DNA from: Vulcanimicrobiota bacterium
GTDB taxonomy: Bacteria > Vulcanimicrobiota > Vulcanimicrobiia > Vulcanimicrobiales > Vulcanimicrobiaceae
Assembly: GCA_963733295.1 (NCBI GenBank)
Contig: CAVTCS010000003.1
Location: forward strand, 2,848,001-2,912,000
DNA: 64,000 nucleotides
Direction: 5' to 3'
Under the pieces are notes generated by a model. It had not been told where the DNA came from. It worked only from the letters and a program-made list of their open reading frames with translations, and did not search any database. A program made the position numbers and the translations under genes. Positions 37,753 through 47,215 of this stretch are shown here, piece by piece. Every line of letters starts with the position of its first letter. Position 1 is the stretch's first letter.

Positions 37753-39514
37753 GCTGTCGTGTGGAGCCTTGCGCCGCGGCGACGCCGGCGAACGCGTCGA
37801 GCTCAACGGCTGGGTGAATCGACGGCGCGACCACGGCGGGCTCGTCTTCATCGACCTGCGCGACCGCGATGGGCTCACCCAGATCGTCGTCGCTCCCGAG
37901 CAGCGCGAGGCGTTCGAGATCGCGCAGGCCCTGCGCGGCGAAGACGTCGTCCGCGTCCACGGAACGGCGCGAGTGCGTCCCGCCGGCACCGAGAACCCGA
38001 AGCTGCCGACGGGTGAGGTCGAGCTCGCGGTCGAGGCGCTCGAACTTCTCTCGCGCTCGCTCGTGCCGCCCTTTCCGGTCGCGAGTGACGGCGATGTCGA
38101 CGAAGCGCTGCGCATGACGTACCGCTACCTCGACTTGCGCCGGCCGCGATTGCAGCACAACTTGACCGTCCGCCACAAGATCGTCAAAGCGATGCGCGAC
38201 TTCTTCGACGAGCGCGATTTTCTCGAGATCGAAACGCCCCACCTCATCAAGTCGACGCCCGAGGGCGCGCGCGACTATCTCGTCCCGAGCCGCATCGAGC
38301 CCGGCGCGTTCTACGCGTTGCCGCAATCGCCGCAACTGCTCAAGCAAATCCTGATGATCGGCGGCCTCGGCCGTTACATGCAGATCGCGCGTTGCTTCCG
38401 GGACGAGGATTTGCGGGCCGACCGGCAACCCGAATTCACCCAACTCGACGTCGAGCTCTCCTTTGTCGACGAAGACGAGGTGATGGCGCTGATGGAAGAC
38501 TGCATCGCGTACGTTTGGCGCAAGGCACTCGGCTTGGAGATCGCGCGGCCCGTTCCGCGTCTGACCTACGCGCAGTCGCTGGCCCGCTACGGCAACGACA
38601 AACCGGACATGCGCTTCGAGCTCGAGCTGGTCGACGTCGCCGAAGCGTTCGCCGGTACGCCGATCAAGTTCTTGCAAGAACACGCCGCGAGCGACGCGTC
38701 GCGCATTGTGGCCGTGCGCTATCCCGGCGGCGCCGCGCTTTCGCGTCGCGACTTCGACGATCTCACCGAGACCGCCAAGACCTTCGGCGCAGGCGGGTTG
38801 ATCTGGCTCGCCTTCGCGGACGGCGGCTGGAAGTCGTCGATCCAAAAGTTACTCGACGACGCGACCGTCGCGCGCCTGCGCGAGCTGAGCGGCGCCGTCG
38901 AGGGCGATGCGCTGCTCCTGGTTGCGGGCGCCGAGCCGGCCGCTTCGGAGATTGCGGGACGCCTGCGACTGCACGTCGGCGACCGGCTCGGTCTGCGCGA
39001 TCCGAACGAATTTGCGTTCTGCTGGGTGGTCGGTTTTCCGCTCTTCGAGTTCGATCCCGAGACCCAAACGATCGGGCCGACACACCATGCCTTCACCGCG
39101 CCCGCGAGGGGCCAGGAAGCGCTCGTCGAGCGCGATCCGCTCGCGGTCCGCGCGCAGCATTACGATCTCGTGCTCAACGGCTCCGAATTGGGCAGCGGGT
39201 CGGTGCGCATTCATAACCCCGAACTGCAGCAGAAGGTCTTCGAGATCGTCGGACTGAGCGAAGAGCAGATCCAGGAACGGTTCGGTTTCTTCGTGCGAGC
39301 GCTGCGCTACGGCGCTCCGCCGCACGGCGGGATGGCTTGGGGCATCGACCGGATCGTGATGCTGGCGTGCGGCGAGTCGAACATCCGCGACGTCATCGCC
39401 TTCCCGAAGAACCAACTCGCGCGCGACCTGATGATGGAGGCGCCTGCGCCGGTCCCGCCCGAAGCGCTGAACGAACTCGGGCTGCAGCTCCGCGCGAGAC
39501 CCGCGCGTCCGTAG
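37745..39514 (+). CDS. aspS: Aspartyl-tRNA synthetase
   Basis: RRDHGG, YRYLDLRR, TPEGARDY, LPQSPQ, FRDEDLRADRQPEFTQ, GAPPHGG. Confidence 0.97.
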   Translation: MRKLSCGALRRGDAGERVELNGWVNRRRDHGGLVFIDLRDRDGLTQIVVAPEQREAFEIAQALRGEDVVRVHGTARVRPAGTENPKLPTGEVELAVEALELLSRSLVPPFPVASDGDVDEALRMTYRYLDLRRPRLQHNLTVRHKIVKAMRDFFDERDFLEIETPHLIKSTPEGARDYLVPSRIEPGAFYALPQSPQLLKQILMIGGLGRYMQIARCFRDEDLRADRQPEFTQLDVELSFVDEDEVMALMEDCIAYVWRKALGLEIARPVPRLTYAQSLARYGNDKPDMRFELELVDVAEAFAGTPIKFLQEHAASDASRIVAVRYPGGAALSRRDFDDLTETAKTFGAGGLIWLAFADGGWKSSIQKLLDDATVARLRELSGAVEGDALLLVAGAEPAASEIAGRLRLHVGDRLGLRDPNEFAFCWVVGFPLFEFDPETQTIGPTHHAFTAPARGQEALVERDPLAVRAQHYDLVLNGSELGSGSVRIHNPELQQKVFEIVGLSEEQIQERFGFFVRALRYGAPPHGGMAWGIDRIVMLACGESNIRDVIAFPKNQLARDLMMEAPAPVPPEALNELGLQLRARPARP

Positions 39515-39519
39515 AAGCG

Positions 39520-39568
39520 CAAACAAAAGCAAAGAAGAGGCCCTCCGCATCGCGCGGAGGGCCTCTTC
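39520..39568 (-). terminator. Intrinsic terminator between convergent aspS and OM protein gene
   Basis: 15-bp perfect stem GAAGAGGCCCTCCGC/GCGGAGGGCCTCTTC (39534-39568) with U-rich tail on the minus strand. Confidence 0.85.
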
Positions 39569-39588
39569 CGGTTGGTTACGTCTTCGAG

Positions 39589-41017
39589 TTAGAAGTGGAA
39601 ACCGAGTCCGACGTACGGCGCAGTGAGACTCGACTGCGACGGTGCGTTGGACTTCGGATTGAATTTCTCGCCTTGATAGCCGGCGTTGAAATAGATTCCG
39701 GTCTTCTTTCCGAAGTTGAGCGTGATACCGCCGTCGTACTTGAGGACCGAGTACGAGAACGGAATCTGCGACCCGGACAGCGGTCCTAAGAAGACCGAGT
39801 TCGGGTAGGTATACGTGCCGGACACGCTCGGGTAGTACCAAGCGCTTCCGAAGAACGTGAACAGTCCTTCGAAGTCGGGCAGCTTATCGAGACCGAAGCC
39901 GGCACCCGCGATGCGCGGATAGCCGAGGTAACGATAGTTGTTCCAGTAGCCGCCCACGCCGATGTAGATGCGCGGGTTTGCGATCTTGATCCCTAAGCGG
40001 ATGTCGAAGTCTTGTTGCTGCGCGGTGAAGAGCGGAACGTAGGCTTGTCCGAGTCCGTTGAACGCCTCCGTGCCCTGGTAACCAGGCACGGTGACGCAGC
40101 CGGGGTCTCCCGGCGGAGCTGCTCGGACAGAATCCGAATTGATAGTTCGGATCGCTGCCGACGACGGTGTTACAACCGGCGGTTCCGGCCGGACAGCCTT
40201 GTCCACCGATGTTGGAGTTGTGCGCGTACTGCCAGTGACGGTAGTCGCCCTTGAGCATCCAGGTCGGCCCGAAGAGCGGGAACTCGATCGCCGCTTTGAC
40301 CAGGTACGATCCGCCTCCGCCGTTGCCGTGGGCGAGTTCGTTGTAGACCTGGGGATCGAACATGTAATCGCCGTCGATGAAGTGTTCGAAGTTATACGGC
40401 GTTGGAGTTGGATGCGGTGGCGGGGGTGGAGGCGGTGGTGGGGGCGGTGGCGGCGGCGGTGGCGGTGGCGGCGGCGGCGTGGGTGGCGGGGTCGGAACCG
40501 GCGCCGGAATGTAACGGACAACCACGAGTCGCTTGTCGGGAACCCAGAGGACGTAGGCTCCCATGCCTTCCGAGATCACGCGAACCGGAACGACGACCGC
40601 GCCCTTGTAGATTTCAGGCGGAACGTCGAGCGGTCGCTCTTCGCCGTTGATGACGACGGTTGGTTTGCCGAGCGTCACCTTGACGTCTGCGCCTGGCTTG
40701 GACACGTCGGCGGTCTTACTCGCCGGATCCCAAGACACGGTCGCGCCCATCTGCTCGAACATCGAGCGGAGCGGAACTAGAATAACGCCGTTCTTTACGA
40801 GCGCCGCGAGGACGCGGTTCTGCTTTTCGCGATCCGGCTTCGTGTAGACGTGCCGATCGTTAAAGAGGATCGGAATTTCGCCGGAAGGCGGCACCCCGAA
40901 GTCGGCGGGCGGAGCGCCCGCGTCGGACTGCGCTTGAGCGGCGCTGCCCGTTGCGAGTGCGCCGATCGCGATCGAGAAAGCCATAAGCCATCCGCGCGCA
41001 CGACGTAGAGTGTTCAA
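39589..41017 (-). CDS. Copper amine oxidase N-terminal-domain protein with poly-Pro linker and predicted outer-membrane beta-barrel; one +1 frameshift near 40110
   Basis: Signal peptide; LVPLRSMFEQMGATVSWD, VPVRVISEGMG; Pro run; aromatic beta-strand C-terminus ending YVGLGFHF; halves are ORFs 39884-41017 and 39589-40521. Confidence 0.8.
40414..40508 (-). repeat. Poly-proline codon (CCN) low-complexity repeat
   Basis: Encodes PAPVPTPPPT followed by ~20 Pro with mixed codons. Confidence 0.9.
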
Positions 41018-41199
41018 GGTCGCTCTCCTCGTGAATTTGGTGAATTTCTAGGGCGGCAAACGCCGGCGACGGTTTTGTCTCTCGACAAACCAGCCGTCCG
41101 CAGCACCTTTTCCAAAGGGTCTCGTTCTCCCGTCGCAACGCGCGACGCGAAAAAACCCGAGGGAAAGACGCTCAGGCGGCTCTTGCTCGCCCCGAGCGT

Positions 41200-41904
41200 T
41201 CAACCCTGCTGAGCAAGCAGCTGCCGGGCGCGCGTGAAAACGGCGTCGAGCATCGTTTCGGTCAGGACTCCGGTGTTGGTGTTCTGACGGCTGGGGTGGT
41301 ATGAGGCGAGCAGCGTCACGCAGCGCGGCTGGGCGTCCCGCCGGGCCTGAGTTTCGGCAAGGTGCCCGAAGCGCGGCGCAGCCGGGAAGAGGTACCCGGC
41401 GGCGCGCAGGGCGTCGGCGGCGGCGCGCGTGCCGATCGCGCCCAGGCCGATCACGACGCTCAGCCCTGCGAGCGCGGCGAGCTCCTCGTCGAGGAACGGC
41501 GCGCAGGTGCGCAGCTGCCGTGGGGTCGGCTTGTTGCCCGGCGGCGCGCAGCGCAACGCGGCCGAGATCAGAACGCCCTCCAAGCGCATGCCGTCGGCCC
41601 GGTCGCGCTGCTCCGGCTGGCTCGCGAAACCGGCGCGGTGGAGCGCCCGGTAGAGCCAAACGCCCGACGCGTCGCCGGTGAACATGCGGCCGGTGCGGTT
41701 GGAGCCGTGGGCGCCGGGCGCGAGCCCGACGAGAAGCAGCCTAGCGAGCGGATCGCCGAAGGCCGGTACGGGTTTTCCCCAGTACGTCTGGTCGCGATAC
41801 TCGCGCCGTTTGGTGCGGGCGACTTCCGCGCAATACGCGCGCAGTTCGGGACAGCGGCGGCACGTGACGATGCGCCGCTCGATCGCGGCGAGACGGCCGC
41901 TCAC
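41200..41904 (-). CDS. Uracil-DNA glycosylase family 5 (UdgB-like, Fe-S)
   Basis: CRRCPEL, GLAPGAHGSNRTGRMFTGD, RCAPPGNKP, YHPSRQNTNTG; GTG at 41904. Confidence 0.92.
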   Translation of the reverse strand: MSGRLAAIERRIVTCRRCPELRAYCAEVARTKRREYRDQTYWGKPVPAFGDPLARLLLVGLAPGAHGSNRTGRMFTGDASGVWLYRALHRAGFASQPEQRDRADGMRLEGVLISAALRCAPPGNKPTPRQLRTCAPFLDEELAALAGLSVVIGLGAIGTRAAADALRAAGYLFPAAPRFGHLAETQARRDAQPRCVTLLASYHPSRQNTNTGVLTETMLDAVFTRARQLLAQQG

Positions 41905-41958
41905 GCCGGAGGCTCGAGCGGGGGATGGCGCTGGGGAAACGAGGCGAAGCGGGAGGCG

Positions 41959-43179
41959 ATGGTAGAGACCCAACCTGGGATGGACCGGCGCGGCATGGCG
42001 TTGCTCGGCATCACGCACGTTGTCGATGACATGAACCAAAGCGCATTGCCGGCGTTGCTGCCATTTCTCATCGCGGAGCGCGGACTCTCCTACACCGCGG
42101 CCGCCGGGTTGATGCTTTTCGCGAGCTTGGCATCCTCGATCGTTCAGCCGGCGATCGGGCAACTTGCGGATCGCCGTCCGATGGCGTGGCTGATCGCGGT
42201 CGGCGTCTTCTTCGCGGGTGCGGGTCTCGCATTGGCGGGCGCGATGCCGAACTACTGGTCGATCGTCGCGTGCGTCGCGCTCAGCGGGCTCGGCATCGCG
42301 GCCTTTCATCCCGAAGCCGCGCGCTTCGCCAACTACGTCGCGGGCGCGAAGAAGGCAACCGGTATGCGCTGGTTCACGCTGGGCGGCAACGTCGGCTTCG
42401 CGCTCGGACCGCTGCTGCTGACGCCGCTGCTCGTCGTATTCGGATCTCGCGGCACGCTCTTCATCTTTATTCCGGCGTCGCTGATGGCGCTGGCCGTCGT
42501 GCGCGAGTTGCCGCGACTTCAAACCTTCGCGGCGCGCAAGCGCGTCAAGTCCGGTGCCGAGAGACGCGACCGCTGGGGGCCGTTCGGCGTGTTGACGACG
42601 TTCGTCATCCTGCGCTCGATGGCGTACATCGGCCTCGTGGCGTTCGTTCCGCTGTATTTCATCGCAACGTTGCACGCTTCGAAGCCGCTCGCCAACGTCG
42701 CGCTCACCTGCTTTCTCGTCGCCGGAGCGATCGGAACGATCTACGGCGGCAAACTCGCCGACCGCGTCGGCCGCCGGACGATTCTGATCGTCTCGATGTC
42801 GGCGAGCGCACCGCTGCTGTTCGCTTTCGTCAAGCTCACCTCGTCGGGCTCGAGCTACGCGTGGGCGGTGGCCGGAATCATGATCGTGGGCTTCGCGCTC
42901 GTCGCCTCGCAGACGGCGTTCGTCGTACTCGGCCAAGAATATCTGCCGAACCGTCTCGGCGTCGCTTCGGGGGTGACGCTGGGACTCGCCATCTCGCTCG
43001 GCGGCGCGGGTGCTCCGGTACTCGGCGCCCTTGCGGATCGTTTCGGCGTGGCGGCCGCGCTCGAGGCGATCGTGGGACTGCTCGTTCTGGCAGCGCTTTC
43101 GACGATGCTGCTGCCGCGCGAACGGCAGCGCCTCAGCGCAGCCCTGGAAAACCGAGCTGCATCAGCGCTGCGTACGTAA
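41959..43179 (+). CDS. MFS transporter, Fsr (fosmidomycin resistance)-like
   Basis: HVVDD..Q, QPAIGQLADR, AFHPE, GGNVGFALGP. Confidence 0.88.
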   Translation: MVETQPGMDRRGMALLGITHVVDDMNQSALPALLPFLIAERGLSYTAAAGLMLFASLASSIVQPAIGQLADRRPMAWLIAVGVFFAGAGLALAGAMPNYWSIVACVALSGLGIAAFHPEAARFANYVAGAKKATGMRWFTLGGNVGFALGPLLLTPLLVVFGSRGTLFIFIPASLMALAVVRELPRLQTFAARKRVKSGAERRDRWGPFGVLTTFVILRSMAYIGLVAFVPLYFIATLHASKPLANVALTCFLVAGAIGTIYGGKLADRVGRRTILIVSMSASAPLLFAFVKLTSSGSSYAWAVAGIMIVGFALVASQTAFVVLGQEYLPNRLGVASGVTLGLAISLGGAGAPVLGALADRFGVAAALEAIVGLLVLAALSTMLLPRERQRLSAALENRAASALRT

Positions 43180-43654
43180 CGATTCCGGCGGCCGTCGAAA
43201 GGTTCAAGCTGCGCACCGTTCCTTCGCGCATCGGAACGCGCAGAGCTCGATCGGCGCGGGTTTCGAGCAGGGCACGCGGCAAGCCGCCCGTCTCCTTTCC
43301 GAAGACGAGTGCGTCTCCGAAAGCGAATTGCGCTTCGGCGTAGTTGCGCTGGGCGTGCGTCGAAAAGAGCCACAGCGGGTTCGCGAACTCGGCCAGAAAC
43401 GCGTCGAGCGAGTCGTGCAGAACGAGCGCGACGTCGTCCCAATAGTCGAGTCCGGCGCGCTTGAGCGCGCGATCGCCGATCGAGAACCCGAGCGGCGCGA
43501 CCAAGTGCAGCGCGCAGCCCGTTGCAGCGCAGAGCCGCGCGACGTTGCCCGTGTTCGGAGGGATTTGCGGTTCGACCAAAACGACGTTCAGAGGTGCCGC
43601 GCCCGAGGGTGCGCCTAAGCGCTCCGCCGGCTGCGTAGCGGCCTTTTCGCTCAC
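43133..43654 (-). CDS. trmL: tRNA (cytidine/uridine-34-2'-O)-methyltransferase
   Basis: EPQIPPNTGN, KRAGLDYW, FGKETGGLP, RSLNLS. Confidence 0.93.
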   Translation of the reverse strand: MSEKAATQPAERLGAPSGAAPLNVVLVEPQIPPNTGNVARLCAATGCALHLVAPLGFSIGDRALKRAGLDYWDDVALVLHDSLDAFLAEFANPLWLFSTHAQRNYAEAQFAFGDALVFGKETGGLPRALLETRADRALRVPMREGTVRSLNLSTAAGIVTYAALMQLGFPGLR

Positions 43655-44529
43655 GAGTTGGCGAGCCGCGCCAGCCAGTCGACGCGTTCGGGCGTCACCG
43701 CGGCGTAGGCGATGCCGCCGTGTCCGATCCAAGCGCGCTCGAACTCGGAGGCCGGGTACGCAATCTGGACCGCCGGTTGCGCCGGATCGTTGAGCACCGG
43801 ATCGCCGTGCTCGTCGAAGCCGCAGAGCACGCCGAGATGTCCTTCGCTTTCGTCGAGCGGCGCGCGCGTGAGTTCTCCCCGCAGCCACGAATAGGACGCC
43901 GCGAGCGGAATCCCGGCTTCGATGAAACGCGACGCGTGGGGCAGGTCCCGAATCTGCACGACGGCGGCGCGCATGTCGAACGCGCTGATGAACGCGACGT
44001 TGAAGGCCCAATTCCCGGTCCCGCCGTAGGCGTCGTCCCGTACGCCTTTTGCAACCTTTGCGACGTCGCACGCATGTCCCCAGTAGCCGAGCAACATCGA
44101 GGTCGCGGCCGGCGAGCACCAGCCGAACTCGTTGGGATGATCGTCGACGTACTGCCGGAGGGGCGGCACGCGCAGCACGCGGTCGCGTAAGATGCGCGGA
44201 CGCTGTTGCTGCGGGCTGAAGCGCGCGGTCGAGACGGCGACGGCGTCCAGTTCGGCGTCGCTGCGCACCTCGATCGCGACGATGTCGCGCGGCGAGCGGA
44301 CGATGTCGATATCGCACGACGCGATCTCGTCGTGACCGCTGAGCGAGCGCCGCTCGCGCAAGCCCCATTCGACGTACGGCAGCCAGGTCGAGATTTGGCC
44401 GTCGCTGCGGTGCACCGAGATCTCGATGGTGCCTTGGGTCGCGCGCGAATTCCAGGAGAGGAGCGCTTCGCGCGCCCGTTCGGTCTCGAGCAAGCTGCGC
44501 CGTCCGCGCGGCACGACGATCGTGAGCAT
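43651..44529 (-). CDS. C39-like cysteine peptidase, no signal peptide
   Basis: LRQY, WCSPAATSM, GTGNWAFN, GHLGV, LNDPA (Cys-His-Asp). Confidence 0.8.
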   Translation of the reverse strand: MLTIVVPRGRRSLLETERAREALLSWNSRATQGTIEISVHRSDGQISTWLPYVEWGLRERRSLSGHDEIASCDIDIVRSPRDIVAIEVRSDAELDAVAVSTARFSPQQQRPRILRDRVLRVPPLRQYVDDHPNEFGWCSPAATSMLLGYWGHACDVAKVAKGVRDDAYGGTGNWAFNVAFISAFDMRAAVVQIRDLPHASRFIEAGIPLAASYSWLRGELTRAPLDESEGHLGVLCGFDEHGDPVLNDPAQPAVQIAYPASEFERAWIGHGGIAYAAVTPERVDWLARLANS

Positions 44530-44533
44530 CAGT

Positions 44534-46165
44534 TTAGATCGCCCATTGCCACGAGTTCCAGTTGTCGGTGATGTACTCGGCCGGTTTGTAGCCGGTCAGA
44601 TCGCTGTTGTAGGCGGCCCGCGCGTTCTCCCAATAGAAGAAGACGGCGGGAACCAACTCGTGAATGCGCTCCTCTTCGATTTGGTACAGTGCTTTGCGGC
44701 GGCTGCGATCGAAGGTGCGCAGCGCTTCGTCGGAGGTGCGCGTGATCAGCGGATCGCGCAGGAAGCTCGTGTTCGCCCCGCGCGGCGGAACGAAATCGCC
44801 GCTCCAATCTCCCTGATTGTCGGGATCGGGGCCGCTCGTATCGATCGACCATTCGAGATCGTAACGGCCGCTGTAGAGCGGTCCGTCTTGCGCGAAGAGA
44901 TAGCTGGCCGGGTAGTTCTTGATTTGCAGCTCGACGCCGAGCGGGCGCACCTCCTGTTGCATCTCGACTTCGGCCTGCTCGTTGCCCGGTTTGTTCGTAG
45001 CCGAAATAACGAAGCGCAGCGGCTTGCCGGCGCGTACGCGCACGCCGCCGGGCCCGGGCTTCCAGCCGGCCGCGTCGAGCAGGCGCGCCGCGGCCGCCGG
45101 ATCGTGCGGGTAGAACGGAATCTTGGGTGCCGCCCATGAGTCGGGCGGAATGTCGCTCGTCGCGCGGACGTTCAAACCGCGATACACCTTCGCGTTCAAG
45201 CGGTTCCAATCGATCGCTTCCGCGAGCGCGAGCCGGACGCGCGGATCGTCGAGGCCGGGACGCGCGCAATTTATCGCCAGCCGCCGCCAGTTCGCAATGA
45301 GGTGCGTCTTGACCGTAATGCCGTCGAGGCCGGCGAGCCGCCCCACCATATTCTCGGGAACGTTCGGCAGAACGTCGATCTCGTGCGTCTGCAGTTCGGC
45401 GAAGAGTGAATCGGGATTCGGCACGATCCGCAAGCTCACCGCGTGGAGCTGCGGCGGTCCGCGCCAGTAGCGTGGATTCGCCTCGAATTCGAGCGACGAG
45501 CCGTGCTGCCACGCCCGCAAGGTGAACGGTCCGCTGGCGATCGGGCGTGCGTTGAACGGCGCGTCGTTCAGTTCGGCAAGCTTTCCTAACAAGTGCTCGG
45601 GCAGCGGCGGGTACGCGCTCCCGCCGCCGCCGCCCAAAATGCCGAGGACGTTCGCGCTGGGCCGCTTCAAGTGGAGGACCGCCGTGTAGTCGTCCGGGAG
45701 GTCGATTGCGGCGATGTCGTCCCAGCCGTAGCGCGCCTTCACGTTGTTCGCCGGGTTCATGACGGCGCGCCAAGTGAAGCGCAGGTCTCGCGCGGTCAGG
45801 GGCGCGCCGTCGGACCACTGGGCGCCATGCCGCCAGTGCAAGACGATCGTTCGTGAATCTTTCGAAATGCCGCCGTTCGCGTAGCTGGGCACGGCGGTTA
45901 CGAGCTCCGGAACGAATTCTCCATGTTCATCATATCGGAAGACGGGAGCGAAAATTAGCGCGTCGACCTGGTCCGTCGCGTCCGTATGAGCGAAAAGCGG
46001 ATCGAGGTTGTCGGGTTCGTCGCTGGTGCCGATTCGCACGTGCCCGGGGATCGTCCATGCGTGGCGGCCGCCGGCGGCGCCGGTTGAGACCTGGGTGCAA
46101 GCGCTTGCTGCCAGGGCAGTGGTCAGCACCGCGAGGCGCGCGGCCGCGACGGCCGGCGCTTTCAC
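44534..46165 (-). CDS. Peptide ABC transporter substrate-binding lipoprotein (family 5)
   Basis: Lipobox ASAC, WSDGAPLTA.D, SGPF, DPRVRLAL, NSWQW; GTG at 46165. Confidence 0.92.
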   Translation of the reverse strand: MKAPAVAAARLAVLTTALAASACTQVSTGAAGGRHAWTIPGHVRIGTSDEPDNLDPLFAHTDATDQVDALIFAPVFRYDEHGEFVPELVTAVPSYANGGISKDSRTIVLHWRHGAQWSDGAPLTARDLRFTWRAVMNPANNVKARYGWDDIAAIDLPDDYTAVLHLKRPSANVLGILGGGGGSAYPPLPEHLLGKLAELNDAPFNARPIASGPFTLRAWQHGSSLEFEANPRYWRGPPQLHAVSLRIVPNPDSLFAELQTHEIDVLPNVPENMVGRLAGLDGITVKTHLIANWRRLAINCARPGLDDPRVRLALAEAIDWNRLNAKVYRGLNVRATSDIPPDSWAAPKIPFYPHDPAAAARLLDAAGWKPGPGGVRVRAGKPLRFVISATNKPGNEQAEVEMQQEVRPLGVELQIKNYPASYLFAQDGPLYSGRYDLEWSIDTSGPDPDNQGDWSGDFVPPRGANTSFLRDPLITRTSDEALRTFDRSRRKALYQIEEERIHELVPAVFFYWENARAAYNSDLTGYKPAEYITDNWNSWQWAI

Positions 46166-47166
46166 GCGCCCGCCGCAGCCCGTTCGCGTACGCCGAGACC
46201 AGGTCCGTCGGGAAGCAGCAGCTTGCCGCCCGCATAGCTGAGGCCTTCGAACGGATCGCTCGCGGTCAAGAACGGGCCGTCGAGATCGGCCCAATCGACG
46301 AGCGGCGAGAGTTGCGCCGCCGCGGTGGCGAGGATCGCGCTCTCGACCATGCAGCCCAGCATGAGTTTGAGCTTGAGCGCGCGCGCGGTTGCGATCATCC
46401 CCAGCGCGCCGCGAATGCCGCCGCACTTCACCAGTTTCACGTTGACGCCGTCGACGCAACCTGCGAGTGCCGGCAGATCGCGCGCGTCGCGCGCGTCTTC
46501 ATCGGCGACCAGCGGAATCGCGCTACGCTCGCGGATGAAGCGCAAGCGCTCCGGCGTTCCGGCCGGAATCGGCTGCTCGCAGAACTCGATCTCGTAGCGT
46601 TCGAGTTCGCCCAGGATGCGCACCGCTTCGTCGGGCGTCCAAGCTTCGTTCGCGTCGACGCGCAAGGTCCCGGTATAACGGCTGCGAACCGCCGCGACGC
46701 GCTCGACGTCGTCGCCTCCGCCGAGTTTCAATTTGACGATCGGGTGCGAGCGAATCGCTTCGAGCTTGGCGAGGGTTGCGGACATGCCGTCCAAGCCGAT
46801 CGTGAACGACGTAAAGGGCGTCGCGTGGCGGTCGAGGCCGAGCAAGCGCCAGAGCGGCCGCCCGACGTCTTTGCCGATCAGGTCGTGCAATGCGAGATCG
46901 AATCCGCAGCGCGCAGCCGGCGGGATGCCGGTCAAGAGGACGTCGAGCGAGTACGGATCGTCGACGACGGGGGCGTGCTGCGCGAAGAACGCGAGCACCG
47001 ATTCGACGCTTTCCTGGTAACGGGGCGTCGGCGCGCTTTCGCCGAGGCCGGTCAACCCGTTCCAGTGCAGCCGAAAGAGAACCGTCCGCGCCGCCCGCTC
47101 GGAGCCCCTGGCGATCGTAAAGGTATGAACGAGCGGAAGCTCCAGCTCTTCGAGAACAAGCTGCAT
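46162..47166 (-). CDS. Dipeptide (L-Ala-D/L-Glu) epimerase, enolase superfamily
   Basis: FTIARG, KLKLG, VDANEAW, EQP, ADED, NVKLVKCGG, GCMVES, DLDG. Confidence 0.9.
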   Translation of the reverse strand: MQLVLEELELPLVHTFTIARGSERAARTVLFRLHWNGLTGLGESAPTPRYQESVESVLAFFAQHAPVVDDPYSLDVLLTGIPPAARCGFDLALHDLIGKDVGRPLWRLLGLDRHATPFTSFTIGLDGMSATLAKLEAIRSHPIVKLKLGGGDDVERVAAVRSRYTGTLRVDANEAWTPDEAVRILGELERYEIEFCEQPIPAGTPERLRFIRERSAIPLVADEDARDARDLPALAGCVDGVNVKLVKCGGIRGALGMIATARALKLKLMLGCMVESAILATAAAQLSPLVDWADLDGPFLTASDPFEGLSYAGGKLLLPDGPGLGVRERAAAGA

Positions 47167-47215
47167 CGGCGCGCCTTCCGCCTGGGGCAATGCCCCCACC
47201 TTTTGGAGGCCCGCG

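Noticed and set aside
40414..40508. GGC/GGT-rich repeat as a CRISPR or VNTR element
   Set aside because: It is poly-Pro coding sequence with mixed codons; no repeat-spacer structure
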